From IMG/VR virus record IMGVR_UViG_3300001868_000007, positions 20,925 through 84,924 of that record: a DNA stretch of 64,000 bases. One strand, given 5' to 3'. Shown in pieces: positions 18,339-26,292 of this stretch. This DNA is from a virus (Duplodnaviria; Caudoviricetes). Position numbers and translations under genes: made by a program. Below the pieces are notes generated by a model. That model saw only the letters and a list, made by a program, of their open reading frames with translations, did no database searches and was not told where the DNA came from. Each line of letters starts with the position of its first letter. Position 1 is the first letter of the stretch.

Positions 18339-19178
18339 ATGAGAACATTCAAAGTAACAGTCATTAAGACAGTTAGAACTTTTCTGATTCGCTATAGCGG
18401 AATCAAATGGAAAAGTATGGAGGGAGGAGACGTTTCAGCAGACAGTATCGATACAGCAATGAACAACTACACTCTTGTCGAAACCATAACCGATGCAGAA
18501 AAAATAATTGTAAAAGGGAAGAAGTTACTCTCTTTTGGAGATCTTAAAACTCTTATTCAAACAGCATTTACTTCTATTTTTCAATCCAAAAAAGCGGATA
18601 CAGAACTATATGTAGATGAAACTGAAAAAGCTTTGATTGCTACGATCAGCGATAAAATAAACCGAAGCGAAACACTCACAGCCGTTGAAATTCAGTTGTT
18701 GATTACTAACTTAATAGATAGTTCCCCAGAGTTCCTTAATACACTCAACGAACTTTCTAATGCTATAGCAAACGACCCCAATTTTGCAACCACAATGGCT
18801 ACGGAGCTATCAAAGAAGGTTACGGCTATTGTAGGCTATTCTCTTACAAAGAATGACCTTACAGACTTACTGAAAGCAGCGTATGACGATGCAGTTACGG
18901 CAATTCCAAACAAAGCAATTAAAACTACACAAGTAACCGAATTAACATTAACCGCTGCTAATTGGACACTAGTAAGCGGGTTGTACGAATATAACTTAGC
19001 AAATGTGAATATTACGGCATTAAATTTTGTAGAAGTGATACCAGATAATGCAACCATTGAAATAACTAAGTCGGCTCAATTACTTCCAACAAATGTAAGT
19101 AGCGCAGGAAGCGTTAAAATATACGCTACAAATTTACCAACAGGTGACATAGTAGTAACCATAAATATCTACGAATAA
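18339..19178 (+). CDS. Accessory tail fibre protein (start revised from 18282)
   Basis: SPEFLNTLNELSNAIANDPNFATT matches the common fibre motif APxxLDTLxELAxALGNDPNFATT. Confidence 0.7.
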   Translation: MRTFKVTVIKTVRTFLIRYSGIKWKSMEGGDVSADSIDTAMNNYTLVETITDAEKIIVKGKKLLSFGDLKTLIQTAFTSIFQSKKADTELYVDETEKALIATISDKINRSETLTAVEIQLLITNLIDSSPEFLNTLNELSNAIANDPNFATTMATELSKKVTAIVGYSLTKNDLTDLLKAAYDDAVTAIPNKAIKTTQVTELTLTAANWTLVSGLYEYNLANVNITALNFVEVIPDNATIEITKSAQLLPTNVSSAGSVKIYATNLPTGDIVVTINIYE

Positions 19179-20350
19179 TGATAGGAAAAACGATTTTACC
19201 CTATAGTAGTGGCAGTGCCGGAACTATCATTGTGGGCACCGGGAAGTATGCAGTGAAATTCATTGACTACGATGGAACGATTTTAAAAATTCATAATGTA
19301 AATGCAGGAGAATCAGCTATCAAACCAGCTAATCCGACATTGACAAATTGCACTTTCAACGGGTGGATTGGAGACTATACAAATATTCAGTATGCTACAG
19401 TAATCGGAGCAAGTTATAACTCAGCGCATACTTATTTAGACTTGACTATTAATGCAAACCACGGATTAACACCAACATTGTATTTAACGAAGACAAATAC
19501 AACAGCGTTAAATGTCTATAATGATTCGACAAATGCCTTGATGGCTACAACCTCTACAGCAGGAACTGTGGCTATTCCGTTAACTTTTGCAAGTGCAGGG
19601 CAGTATATATTAAGAATAGAAGCCACAGCAAATTACTCTTTCAGTACTTATATTTTTGGTATTAACAATTTATATCAAATTTATGCTTTAAAAAATGTGA
19701 TATTAGGGAATAGAGTGACTTCAATTGGTCTTTCTGCATTCTCCCCCTGCTACTCCCTTCAATCAGTAGTTATACCAAATTCAGTGACTTCAATTGGGTC
19801 TTCTGCATTCAGTGCCTGCTCCGCCCTTCAATCAGTAGTTATACCAAATTCAGTGACTTCAATTGGTCTTTCTGCATTCTCCCCCTGCTACTCCCTTCAA
19901 TCAGTAGTTATACCAAATTCAGTGACTTCAATTGGGTCTCAATCATTCAGTGGCTGCTCCTCCCTTCAATCAGTAGTTATACCAAATTCAGTGACTTCAA
20001 TTGGTGTTTCTGCATTCTCCACCTGCTCCTCCCTTCAATCAGTAGTTATACCAAATTCAGTGACTTCAATTGGGTCTTCTGCATTCTTTGCCTGCTACTC
20101 CCTTCAATCAGTAGTTATACCAAATTCAGTGACTTCAATTGGTACTCAATCATTCAGTGGCTGCACGAGATTTTATGAATATATAATTCAATCTACGACT
20201 CCACCATCTTTAACCAGTATAAATGCTTTTACAGGTATCCCAGCCTATTGTAAGCTATACGTTCCTGATGCAATCGTTGCAGATACTAAGGCGGGAACCA
20301 ATTGGTCGTTTTATTCTTCACAAATTTACGCAATTAGCACACGATTATGA
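19178..20350 (+). CDS. BspA-type leucine-rich repeat (LRR_5) adhesin / receptor-binding protein
   Basis: Seven 23-aa repeats VIPNSVTSIGxxAFxxCxxLQSV; N-terminal VKFIDYDGT.L repeat; C-terminal YVPD...GTNWS cap. Confidence 0.9.
   Translation: MIGKTILPYSSGSAGTIIVGTGKYAVKFIDYDGTILKIHNVNAGESAIKPANPTLTNCTFNGWIGDYTNIQYATVIGASYNSAHTYLDLTINANHGLTPTLYLTKTNTTALNVYNDSTNALMATTSTAGTVAIPLTFASAGQYILRIEATANYSFSTYIFGINNLYQIYALKNVILGNRVTSIGLSAFSPCYSLQSVVIPNSVTSIGSSAFSACSALQSVVIPNSVTSIGLSAFSPCYSLQSVVIPNSVTSIGSQSFSGCSSLQSVVIPNSVTSIGVSAFSTCSSLQSVVIPNSVTSIGSSAFFACYSLQSVVIPNSVTSIGTQSFSGCTRFYEYIIQSTTPPSLTSINAFTGIPAYCKLYVPDAIVADTKAGTNWSFYSSQIYAISTRL
19715..20170 (+). repeat. 69-bp tandem repeat x~6.6 with invariant framework and hypervariable codons
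   Basis: Framework CTTCAATCAGTAGTTATACCAAATTCAGTGACTTCAATTGG identical in each unit; units 1 and 3 identical. Confidence 0.95.
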
Positions 20351-20514
20351 AAAAGATAACAGCACAAATAGGAAAGGTATTCATACGAATACACGATGGT
20401 ATGTTTTTCGGAAGCGAAATATATCTCGGATATGACTATTCAACAGGTCTTAAAAGAGATGATTTACCCCAATATTACGAAGAAATTGACGAACATGTAG
20501 AAGTAGATGCTTAA
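20347..20514 (+). CDS. Small fibre-associated protein, 55 aa (not in ORF track)
   Basis: MKKITAQIGKVFIRIHDGMFFGSEIYLGYDY...YEEI; ATGA overlap with the LRR gene. Confidence 0.65.
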   Translation: MKKITAQIGKVFIRIHDGMFFGSEIYLGYDYSTGLKRDDLPQYYEEIDEHVEVDA

Positions 20515-20632
20515 TTTAAAATAAATAGATAAAAATGGAAAATAATTATGATAATAAACAAAACAAAACAACAATAAACAAATTTAGTATTCCCGAAATG
20601 TTCAGTGATTTGAGTAACAGAAAACAAAAATA

Positions 20633-20675
20633 ACATACGATCGTTGCTAAATCGAATTAACAGTAGTATCTTTCC
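20633..20675 (+). promoter_or_regulatory. Early-type promoter motif copy 4, driving the RNA cluster
   Basis: ACATA CGATC GTTG N20 TATCTTTCC. Confidence 0.7.
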
Positions 20676-20699
20676 AAAGTCAAACGAGACAAATAAATC

Positions 20700-20774
20700 A
20701 CTAAGATAGCTTAAATGGAATAGAGTGCTAGTCTTAAAAGACTGGAGATGGTAGTTCGAGCCTGCCTCAAGGTG
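20700..20774 (+). tRNA. Aberrant tRNA with 8-nt anticodon loop CTTAAAAG and two A:A acceptor-stem mismatches
   Basis: D arm GCTT/GAGT, anticodon stem CTAGT/ACTGG, short variable loop AGAT, T arm GGTAG-TTCGAGC-CTGCC. Confidence 0.7.
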
Positions 20775-20895
20775 CAAAAATACAACACGCACGAATCAAT
20801 TAGATGTAGCTTAGGCAGAATAATTTCGTAGTTCTTTAAGTTGGTAGCAGATAAATGTGACTCTGCAAATTTTAAAAAGAGTTCTTTGAAAATAC

Positions 20896-21272
20896 GGGGG
20901 TATATGATTTTGACAGCAGGTAGAAGCTGTATTGGAATAGCACGAGTTTGATAAGGTCTCGTTTCAAAAGATCACAAAATTAATTGACAACAAAATCAAC
21001 CGCATGATTGATGAAGTACTAGTAATCAATTTTGCACAACGTGTAGCAATGAAAAATGCTGCATAATGTAGTCAGAAGTTTATTGAAGAGTTTGCTTGTT
21101 TAGATAAAATGAGATGGTGGAGCTGGAGGAAACTTCAGCCTAAAAGTTTGTTAGTTTGAAGCTTATAGATGCAAAATTAACTAATGTATTGATGTGAATT
21201 ATCAATTAAAGCTATAATCAATTCCAATATAGATTCCTTGTTTGGACGAGGGTTTGACTCCCTCTACCTCCA
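20896..21272 (+). ncRNA. ssrA: tmRNA; tag (A)DNKINRMIDEVLVINFAQRVAMKNAA* at 20986-21066
   Basis: 5' GGGGGTA pairs with 3' TACCTCC-A giving the G3:U70 Ala identity pair; TTTGAC near 5' end; T arm GAGGG-TTTGACT-CCCTC; internal ORF ending in AA*. Confidence 0.92.
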
Positions 21273-21321
21273 CAAAACTGCGGCTTTCCGCATATTATGA
21301 ACATTTAAAAATCGAGTCATT

Positions 21322-21504
21322 ATGACAAACATTCAACAAGGATTTAGCGATCTAGTTTTAGCTGGAGTAATCATTTTAGTTTTCTTTTTTGCGATTTTAC
21401 TAACAAAAGTATTGTGGAAGATCATCGATCTGATCATTTACAAGATCAAAATCAATCTTGAGTTAAAGAAAGATCACTTGAGAAGTTTAGGATTAAAGAA
21501 ATAA
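21322..21504 (+). CDS. Single-TM membrane protein
   Basis: Hydrophobic LVLAGVIILVFFFAILLT. Confidence 0.55.
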   Translation: MTNIQQGFSDLVLAGVIILVFFFAILLTKVLWKIIDLIIYKIKINLELKKDHLRSLGLKK

Positions 21505-21509
21505 TATAT

Positions 21510-21581
21510 CGCGAGGGTGGAGCAATTGGTAGCTTACGAGACTCATAACCTTGAGACGCAGTTCGAATTTGACGCTCGCAA
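21510..21581 (+). tRNA. Degenerate initiator-like tRNA-Met(CAT)
   Basis: CGCGAGG 5' end with C1:A72 mismatch, D arm GAGC-AATTGGT-AGCT, loop CTCATAA, TTCGAAT; imperfect anticodon and T stems. Confidence 0.7.
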
Positions 21582-21586
21582 CATAA

Positions 21587-21673
21587 TAGCAGAAGTAGAA
21601 ATTCAAAAGTGAACCAATCTAACCTTCGTTGGACAGAGGGAGACAAGGGTGAGGAAATCCACTAAACTGCTAC
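21587..21673 (+). ncRNA. Candidate structured RNA
   Basis: Closing helix TAGCAG/CTGCTA, hairpins TCTAAC-CTTC-GTTGGA and GTG(A)GG-AAAT-CCCAC. Confidence 0.3.
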
Positions 21674-21689
21674 TAACACATAAAATCGA

Positions 21690-22001
21690 ATGAAAAGGTC
21701 AACTCTATTGTTAATCATCTACTTAGCACTCTCAAACTGTTCGATCAGTATTGAGAGCAAGTCGAAACAAACCTCTGAAAAGAAGGTTTGGTTGAGCAAA
21801 GGTGAACAGAGAACTGACTACAATTCATTCGAACAAACCCAAGCTATCACTGGTGGAGGACAATTAACCGTTAAGGGGAGAGAAGTTGATATCGTTCCGT
21901 TGTCCGTTGAAAGAGTGAAGCTAGTTAACAAGAAGCTATTCAATTTTAGACTCTGGCAATTAGCCTGGACATTCGGTATAGAAACACAAGTCCTCGTATG
22001 A
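21690..22001 (+). CDS. Putative lipoprotein / secreted protein
   Basis: MKRSTLLLIIYLALSNC signal peptide with Cys. Confidence 0.45.
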   Translation: MKRSTLLLIIYLALSNCSISIESKSKQTSEKKVWLSKGEQRTDYNSFEQTQAITGGGQLTVKGREVDIVPLSVERVKLVNKKLFNFRLWQLAWTFGIETQVLV

Positions 22002-22051
22002 GTCAGAAATCATACCGAATTGATATCAAAAAACAAAACTCACACATAACA

Positions 22052-22100
22052 AAGCTTCATTCGTACCCTTGCAATCATGGGAGAATGAAGCTTTCTTCTT
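22052..22100 (+). terminator. Terminator-like hairpin ending the RNA cluster
   Basis: AAAGCTTCATTC / GAATGAAGCTTT 12-bp perfect stem followed by CTTCTT. Confidence 0.6.
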
Positions 22101-22128
22101 GAAGTAATGTTAAAAAATATTAAAAGAA

Positions 22129-22194
22129 ACATACTCTTGTTGCTTTATCGAAATGTAGGTCGTATCTTCGTAGCGTAATTAAAAACAGAAGATT
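22129..22194 (+). promoter_or_regulatory. Early-type promoter motif copy 5
   Basis: ACATA CTCTT GTTG N20 TATCTTCG; leader near-identical to copy 2. Confidence 0.7.
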
Positions 22195-22407
22195 ATGAAA
22201 TCAACATTGAAACATAGAGATGTAGTTGTAGTAGAATTACCAAATATCACTCCTTTCAAAACAACTATCAGAGGATATCCATTTGAAGGATCAGAAGGTG
22301 AAATGGTTCGTATTAAAACAGGAGATCAATTAGTTGATGTTGAGTGTGTTACTAAAGTAGCACCAGGAATAAAGGAGTGGAAAGGTCAAAAATTAATAGC
22401 ATGGTGA
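22195..22407 (+). CDS. Hypothetical protein (SH3-like length and pattern)
   Basis: First gene after promoter copy 5. Confidence 0.55.
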   Translation: MKSTLKHRDVVVVELPNITPFKTTIRGYPFEGSEGEMVRIKTGDQLVDVECVTKVAPGIKEWKGQKLIAW

Positions 22408-24392
22408 AAGAAATAGAACTTAGAGACTATCAAAAATCCGACATAGAAAGAATCGAATCAGCTTGGACTGAATACAACTCAATCCTCTACCAACTTCCAA
22501 CTGGTGGAGGAAAGTCTGTGATCATATCTAAGATAATCAGTAATCACAAAATAGAGAAGATCATAATTTTTGCTCACAAACGTAGACTGCTCAAACAACT
22601 CAAAGAACATCTCTCAAACGTAGGAATCAAAGCTGGATTACTCATAGCTAACATCGCTGAGAATATGGATAGTAATATTGTAATTGTTTCAATTCGTACA
22701 GCAGTTAAAGATGCACGACTAGATAAGTTGCTTGAGAGAGATTGGGATATGGTAGTGATTGACGAAGCTCGTCACTCAAGAACCAATTCTTATGACAAAG
22801 TTCTTAAAGCAATAGAAGCTAACAATCTAAATATCAAGAAATTAGGGGTAGATGCAACTCCTTTCCGCAAAGACAAAAAGAGATTAGATGAGCATTTCGA
22901 ATGTATGGTGTGTAGCACTGAAACTACTGCTTCACTTATCGAGAAAGGTTATCTTGCTAAATATAAAACATATGTCGCTCCGATTGGAGAGATCGAAAAA
23001 GAAGTTGATGAGGTAGCTAACGACTTTCAACAACAACAACTCTCTCACTACATGAGAAACCCCGAATATCTTCATTATGTAGTAGAAATGTACAAGCAGT
23101 ATGGAGACAATCATCAAGCAATCGTTTTTGCTGTCGATAAAGAGCATGCTCGTAGTTTAAAGAAAACGTTTGTAGAACAGAAGATAAAAGGTGTAGAACA
23201 GATTGATTCATCCTTATCTGTAGATGAAGTTGAGAGTATAGTCAAATCTTATGAAGAAAAAGAAACACAGATCCTCATAAACGTTGAGATGTTGACTGAA
23301 GGAGTCGATCTACCTGATACTGGAGTAATCGTTGGAGCTCGTCCAACCAAATCACTTACTCTCTATCTACAAATGGTTGGTAGAGGAACAAGACTAAAAG
23401 GAGATGGTTCTCACCTTATAGTACTTGACTGTTGCGGTTGGACTGAAGCATTTGGTCAATTAAGTAGCCCAAAACACTGGTCACTCAATCCTGAGATCGA
23501 TCCAAATAATCCTCGATTGAATAATAGAGTAGTTGGGAAAAGAGAAAACGGTACGATCGAAGAAGATCTGTCTGATTTCATTGGTGAGGTAATTGAACTC
23601 ACTCCTGAAGAATATCTCAACAGTGTGCAGAATGGTCTTGAAAAAGCAACCAAACTGAACGAGAAGATCGATTTCAACAAACTCGCTTTATTTGAAAAAA
23701 TATATGAATTGTGGAGTAATTCTGTAAAGAGTAAGTTGAGTGAGTGTTGTTACATAGTTGAAGCTCGAGATAGAGATATGACTCAACAAATAACTATATT
23801 TGATATTCGCAAAAAAGAATCAAAAGAGAGTGATTGGCAAAGATTCAGAGTAATTATCAAATTCTCACTTGAAAGAAGGCTATATGCAGCGTTCGAAGGA
23901 CCAAACACGCAACCTGGCGAAGAAGGTAGAATCGTTGAAATGATGAGAATGTCACAAGTGTTTGCTGAGCTCAACAATATGTTTTTCACTCAGTCAAAAA
24001 TAGAAATACAGACATTGGAGCTATATGAACAGATTCTCGATCTCGAGAAGACGAAAATAGATCTGAAAGCAATTCAAAACAAAGCAACAGAATTTAACGA
24101 AGAACAGTGGAGAAAAAGTGTAGAAGATCACTTTGTAGCGAACGATGGATTGTTTACGTTAGAGAGAGAGCAACGAAGAGATAGTTGGTTCAAAGGTTAT
24201 AGTAGCGATCGATTCTCAAACATTAAAATACTCGGATCAACTCTTAATTCATACAGCAACACACTTGAGATCTCAATGATAAATGGATGGAGAAGAGAAG
24301 AAGTTAAAACAGAAATCAAAAGCTACATCAAAGCTGAAAAGATATATGAAATCTTAAAAGCAGGCAAGTGGAACGAAATAATTGAAAAATAA
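22401..24392 (+). CDS. SF2 DExH helicase (RadD/YejH/IRC3-like)
   Basis: LRDYQ, PTGGGKS, DEARH, DATP, LTEGVD.P, RPT.SL.LY.QMVGRG.R. Confidence 0.9.
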   Translation: MVKEIELRDYQKSDIERIESAWTEYNSILYQLPTGGGKSVIISKIISNHKIEKIIIFAHKRRLLKQLKEHLSNVGIKAGLLIANIAENMDSNIVIVSIRTAVKDARLDKLLERDWDMVVIDEARHSRTNSYDKVLKAIEANNLNIKKLGVDATPFRKDKKRLDEHFECMVCSTETTASLIEKGYLAKYKTYVAPIGEIEKEVDEVANDFQQQQLSHYMRNPEYLHYVVEMYKQYGDNHQAIVFAVDKEHARSLKKTFVEQKIKGVEQIDSSLSVDEVESIVKSYEEKETQILINVEMLTEGVDLPDTGVIVGARPTKSLTLYLQMVGRGTRLKGDGSHLIVLDCCGWTEAFGQLSSPKHWSLNPEIDPNNPRLNNRVVGKRENGTIEEDLSDFIGEVIELTPEEYLNSVQNGLEKATKLNEKIDFNKLALFEKIYELWSNSVKSKLSECCYIVEARDRDMTQQITIFDIRKKESKESDWQRFRVIIKFSLERRLYAAFEGPNTQPGEEGRIVEMMRMSQVFAELNNMFFTQSKIEIQTLELYEQILDLEKTKIDLKAIQNKATEFNEEQWRKSVEDHFVANDGLFTLEREQRRDSWFKGYSSDRFSNIKILGSTLNSYSNTLEISMINGWRREEVKTEIKSYIKAEKIYEILKAGKWNEIIEK

Positions 24393-24393
24393 A

Positions 24394-24436
24394 ACATACT
24401 TTTGTTGTTTAATTGAAATATTCAATAGACCTTTAC
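24394..24436 (+). promoter_or_regulatory. Early-type promoter motif copy 6
   Basis: ACATA CTTTT GTTG N20 GACCTTTAC. Confidence 0.6.
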
Positions 24437-24459
24437 GGAAAATTTAAAAAGATCGAATT

Positions 24460-24645
24460 ATGGATAATCCAAGATTAAAACCAGAAGAACAAGACATCAA
24501 TCTTATTGGTGTGAAATTTCGAGTTGAAGGTTATGTGTGGGTAGTGAAAACCTCAGGAATCAAAGATCGTTGGGGTTGTGAAAGCACAAGAACATCAGCT
24601 TTCTCAACTTTCGATACAGAAGAAATTCAGAAAAATCGTTTATAA
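24460..24645 (+). CDS. Hypothetical protein
   Basis: After promoter copy 6; TAATG overlap. Confidence 0.55.
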   Translation: MDNPRLKPEEQDINLIGVKFRVEGYVWVVKTSGIKDRWGCESTRTSAFSTFDTEEIQKNRL

Positions 24646-25394
24646 TGGAAGCAAAGCAAAACGCAATCATATCTCGCATCAAGAAACTGATGCGACATGC
24701 AGAGTCAGCCAAACAACTTGGATCTCTCGAAGAAGCAGAAACCTTCTCAGCAAAAGTCGAGGAATTGATGATCGAGTACAATATAGAGCTCAGTCAAGTC
24801 AAACTCGAAGAGAACGAAGGAGAATTCGATAAATGGATGTATAGTGAAAAAGTGTCGTATAAAGATAATCAAGCTGGACAGAGATGGAGACTCCACTTAG
24901 TTGAAGTACTATGTGAACACAATTTCTGTAGCTATATTTGGAACTCATATTCAAAAACCTTTGAAGTGTACGGTAGAATGGAGAACGTAGATACAGTAGT
25001 TTGGATGTATAATTTTCTTTCTATTGGACTACTCAGACTTGCTCAAGAAGCTCATGTTGATCGAGGTTGGGAGAGTAAGTTAATCTACGGTGAACGTCGC
25101 TACGCTTTTTTGAAAGATTGGTTGATTGGAGCAACAGTAGGATTAGATAGGAAATTTCAAAGACAAAGAGAGGAATCGGCTCATGCTGATCAGATCGGAG
25201 GATTGGTGTTATTCAATAAAGAAGCTTTAGCTAAGTTTTTAAAGACGCAAGATCCAAAAGTCAAAACAGTAAAAATGAAACCAGTATATGTTGGACCAGC
25301 CTATGAAAATGGAATCAAAGCTGGTGAAAACTACAGTATTAATCCACCTCTGAAACACAAAGAGGTTAAACAGATTGGACAATGGAAACGTTAA
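24645..25394 (+). CDS. DUF2786-domain protein
   Basis: IISRIKKLM..AES....EEAE.F..K..ELM.EYNI N-terminus. Confidence 0.7.
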   Translation: MEAKQNAIISRIKKLMRHAESAKQLGSLEEAETFSAKVEELMIEYNIELSQVKLEENEGEFDKWMYSEKVSYKDNQAGQRWRLHLVEVLCEHNFCSYIWNSYSKTFEVYGRMENVDTVVWMYNFLSIGLLRLAQEAHVDRGWESKLIYGERRYAFLKDWLIGATVGLDRKFQRQREESAHADQIGGLVLFNKEALAKFLKTQDPKVKTVKMKPVYVGPAYENGIKAGENYSINPPLKHKEVKQIGQWKR

Positions 25395-25633
25395 AAGTTA
25401 AATTCAAAGCCATTGGATTAAGAGGTGAGTCAGTAAGATTCACTCAAAAGATCCAATGTCCAGATTTTGAAGAGTATGAAAGCGATATTGGTCAATTTGT
25501 TGATAGTAAATTGATTCGAGATGGAATTATCAACTCAAAGATCACTATTGAAGAACAACAAGAAGAGTGGTTATCTGATTTCAACAAATGGGATATAATG
25601 ATTGATAAGGATATTCAATCAATCATTAATTAG
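25382..25633 (+). CDS. Hypothetical protein
   Basis: ORF track. Confidence 0.55.
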   Translation: METLKVKFKAIGLRGESVRFTQKIQCPDFEEYESDIGQFVDSKLIRDGIINSKITIEEQQEEWLSDFNKWDIMIDKDIQSIIN

Positions 25634-25657
25634 ACCATCGTCAGAAAGAAGGAGAAA

Positions 25658-25951
25658 GTGAATTATGAAGAAATCAAATTTGAAGCTTTAAAAGTAAAGT
25701 TATTAGAAATTTGGCCAAATCAACCTGATAGAGTAGCAGATTTTCTCAGTATTTATCAAGAGATGTTTCCAAAAATAAAAAGATTCTCTTTGATCAAAAG
25801 ATTCGAGATTGTTTTACAATCGTATGTGGTTGCTGTGAAAGCTACAACGACATTCGCTGAGAGAATTACAGCAACCTTGAGAGGAGAAGGTTTAACAGAA
25901 GAGCAACAACAGAGAAGGCGAGAAATATTGCCACAATGGAAGAAAAGCTAA
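25658..25951 (+). CDS. Hypothetical protein (GTG start)
   Basis: ORF track; in frame with the upstream ORF across a TAG. Confidence 0.45.
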   Translation: MNYEEIKFEALKVKLLEIWPNQPDRVADFLSIYQEMFPKIKRFSLIKRFEIVLQSYVVAVKATTTFAERITATLRGEGLTEEQQQRRREILPQWKKS

Positions 25952-26022
25952 TCAATAGGTACCAAAAGCAACAGAAGTATGTAAAGAGATAGTATCTTTA
26001 CTGTCTCAAAAATAAAACAACA

Positions 26023-26289
26023 ATGGCAAAATTAGTATTAAGTAAAAACGAACATACTGTAGAAACTCTTCTTCAGCATGTTAAAAAACAACACAATCAG
26101 AAGATGAATGGATCTCCATTTAGCAAATCTGATATTCATGACTGGGCAAACAAAGGACGAATTCCAAAAGCTTATGGTGGACAGTTCTTAAAAATTCAAA
26201 AGATCGGACCATTGAAAGTGTTAGAGCTTTCAGTTACACCTTTCATCAACAACGATGAGACAGTATTAAAAATCGAAAAAGAAAAATAA
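26023..26289 (+). CDS. Hypothetical protein (possible HTH)
   Basis: Follows TATCTTTAC box at 25993; ...SDIHDWANKGRIP. Confidence 0.55.
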   Translation: MAKLVLSKNEHTVETLLQHVKKQHNQKMNGSPFSKSDIHDWANKGRIPKAYGGQFLKIQKIGPLKVLELSVTPFINNDETVLKIEKEK

Positions 26290-26292
26290 ATA

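Noticed and set aside
20776-20894. A third tRNA between the 8-nt-loop tRNA and the tmRNA (GATGTAGCTTAG, GCAGA/TCTGC hairpin)
   Set aside because: No T-loop consensus or cloverleaf could be assembled
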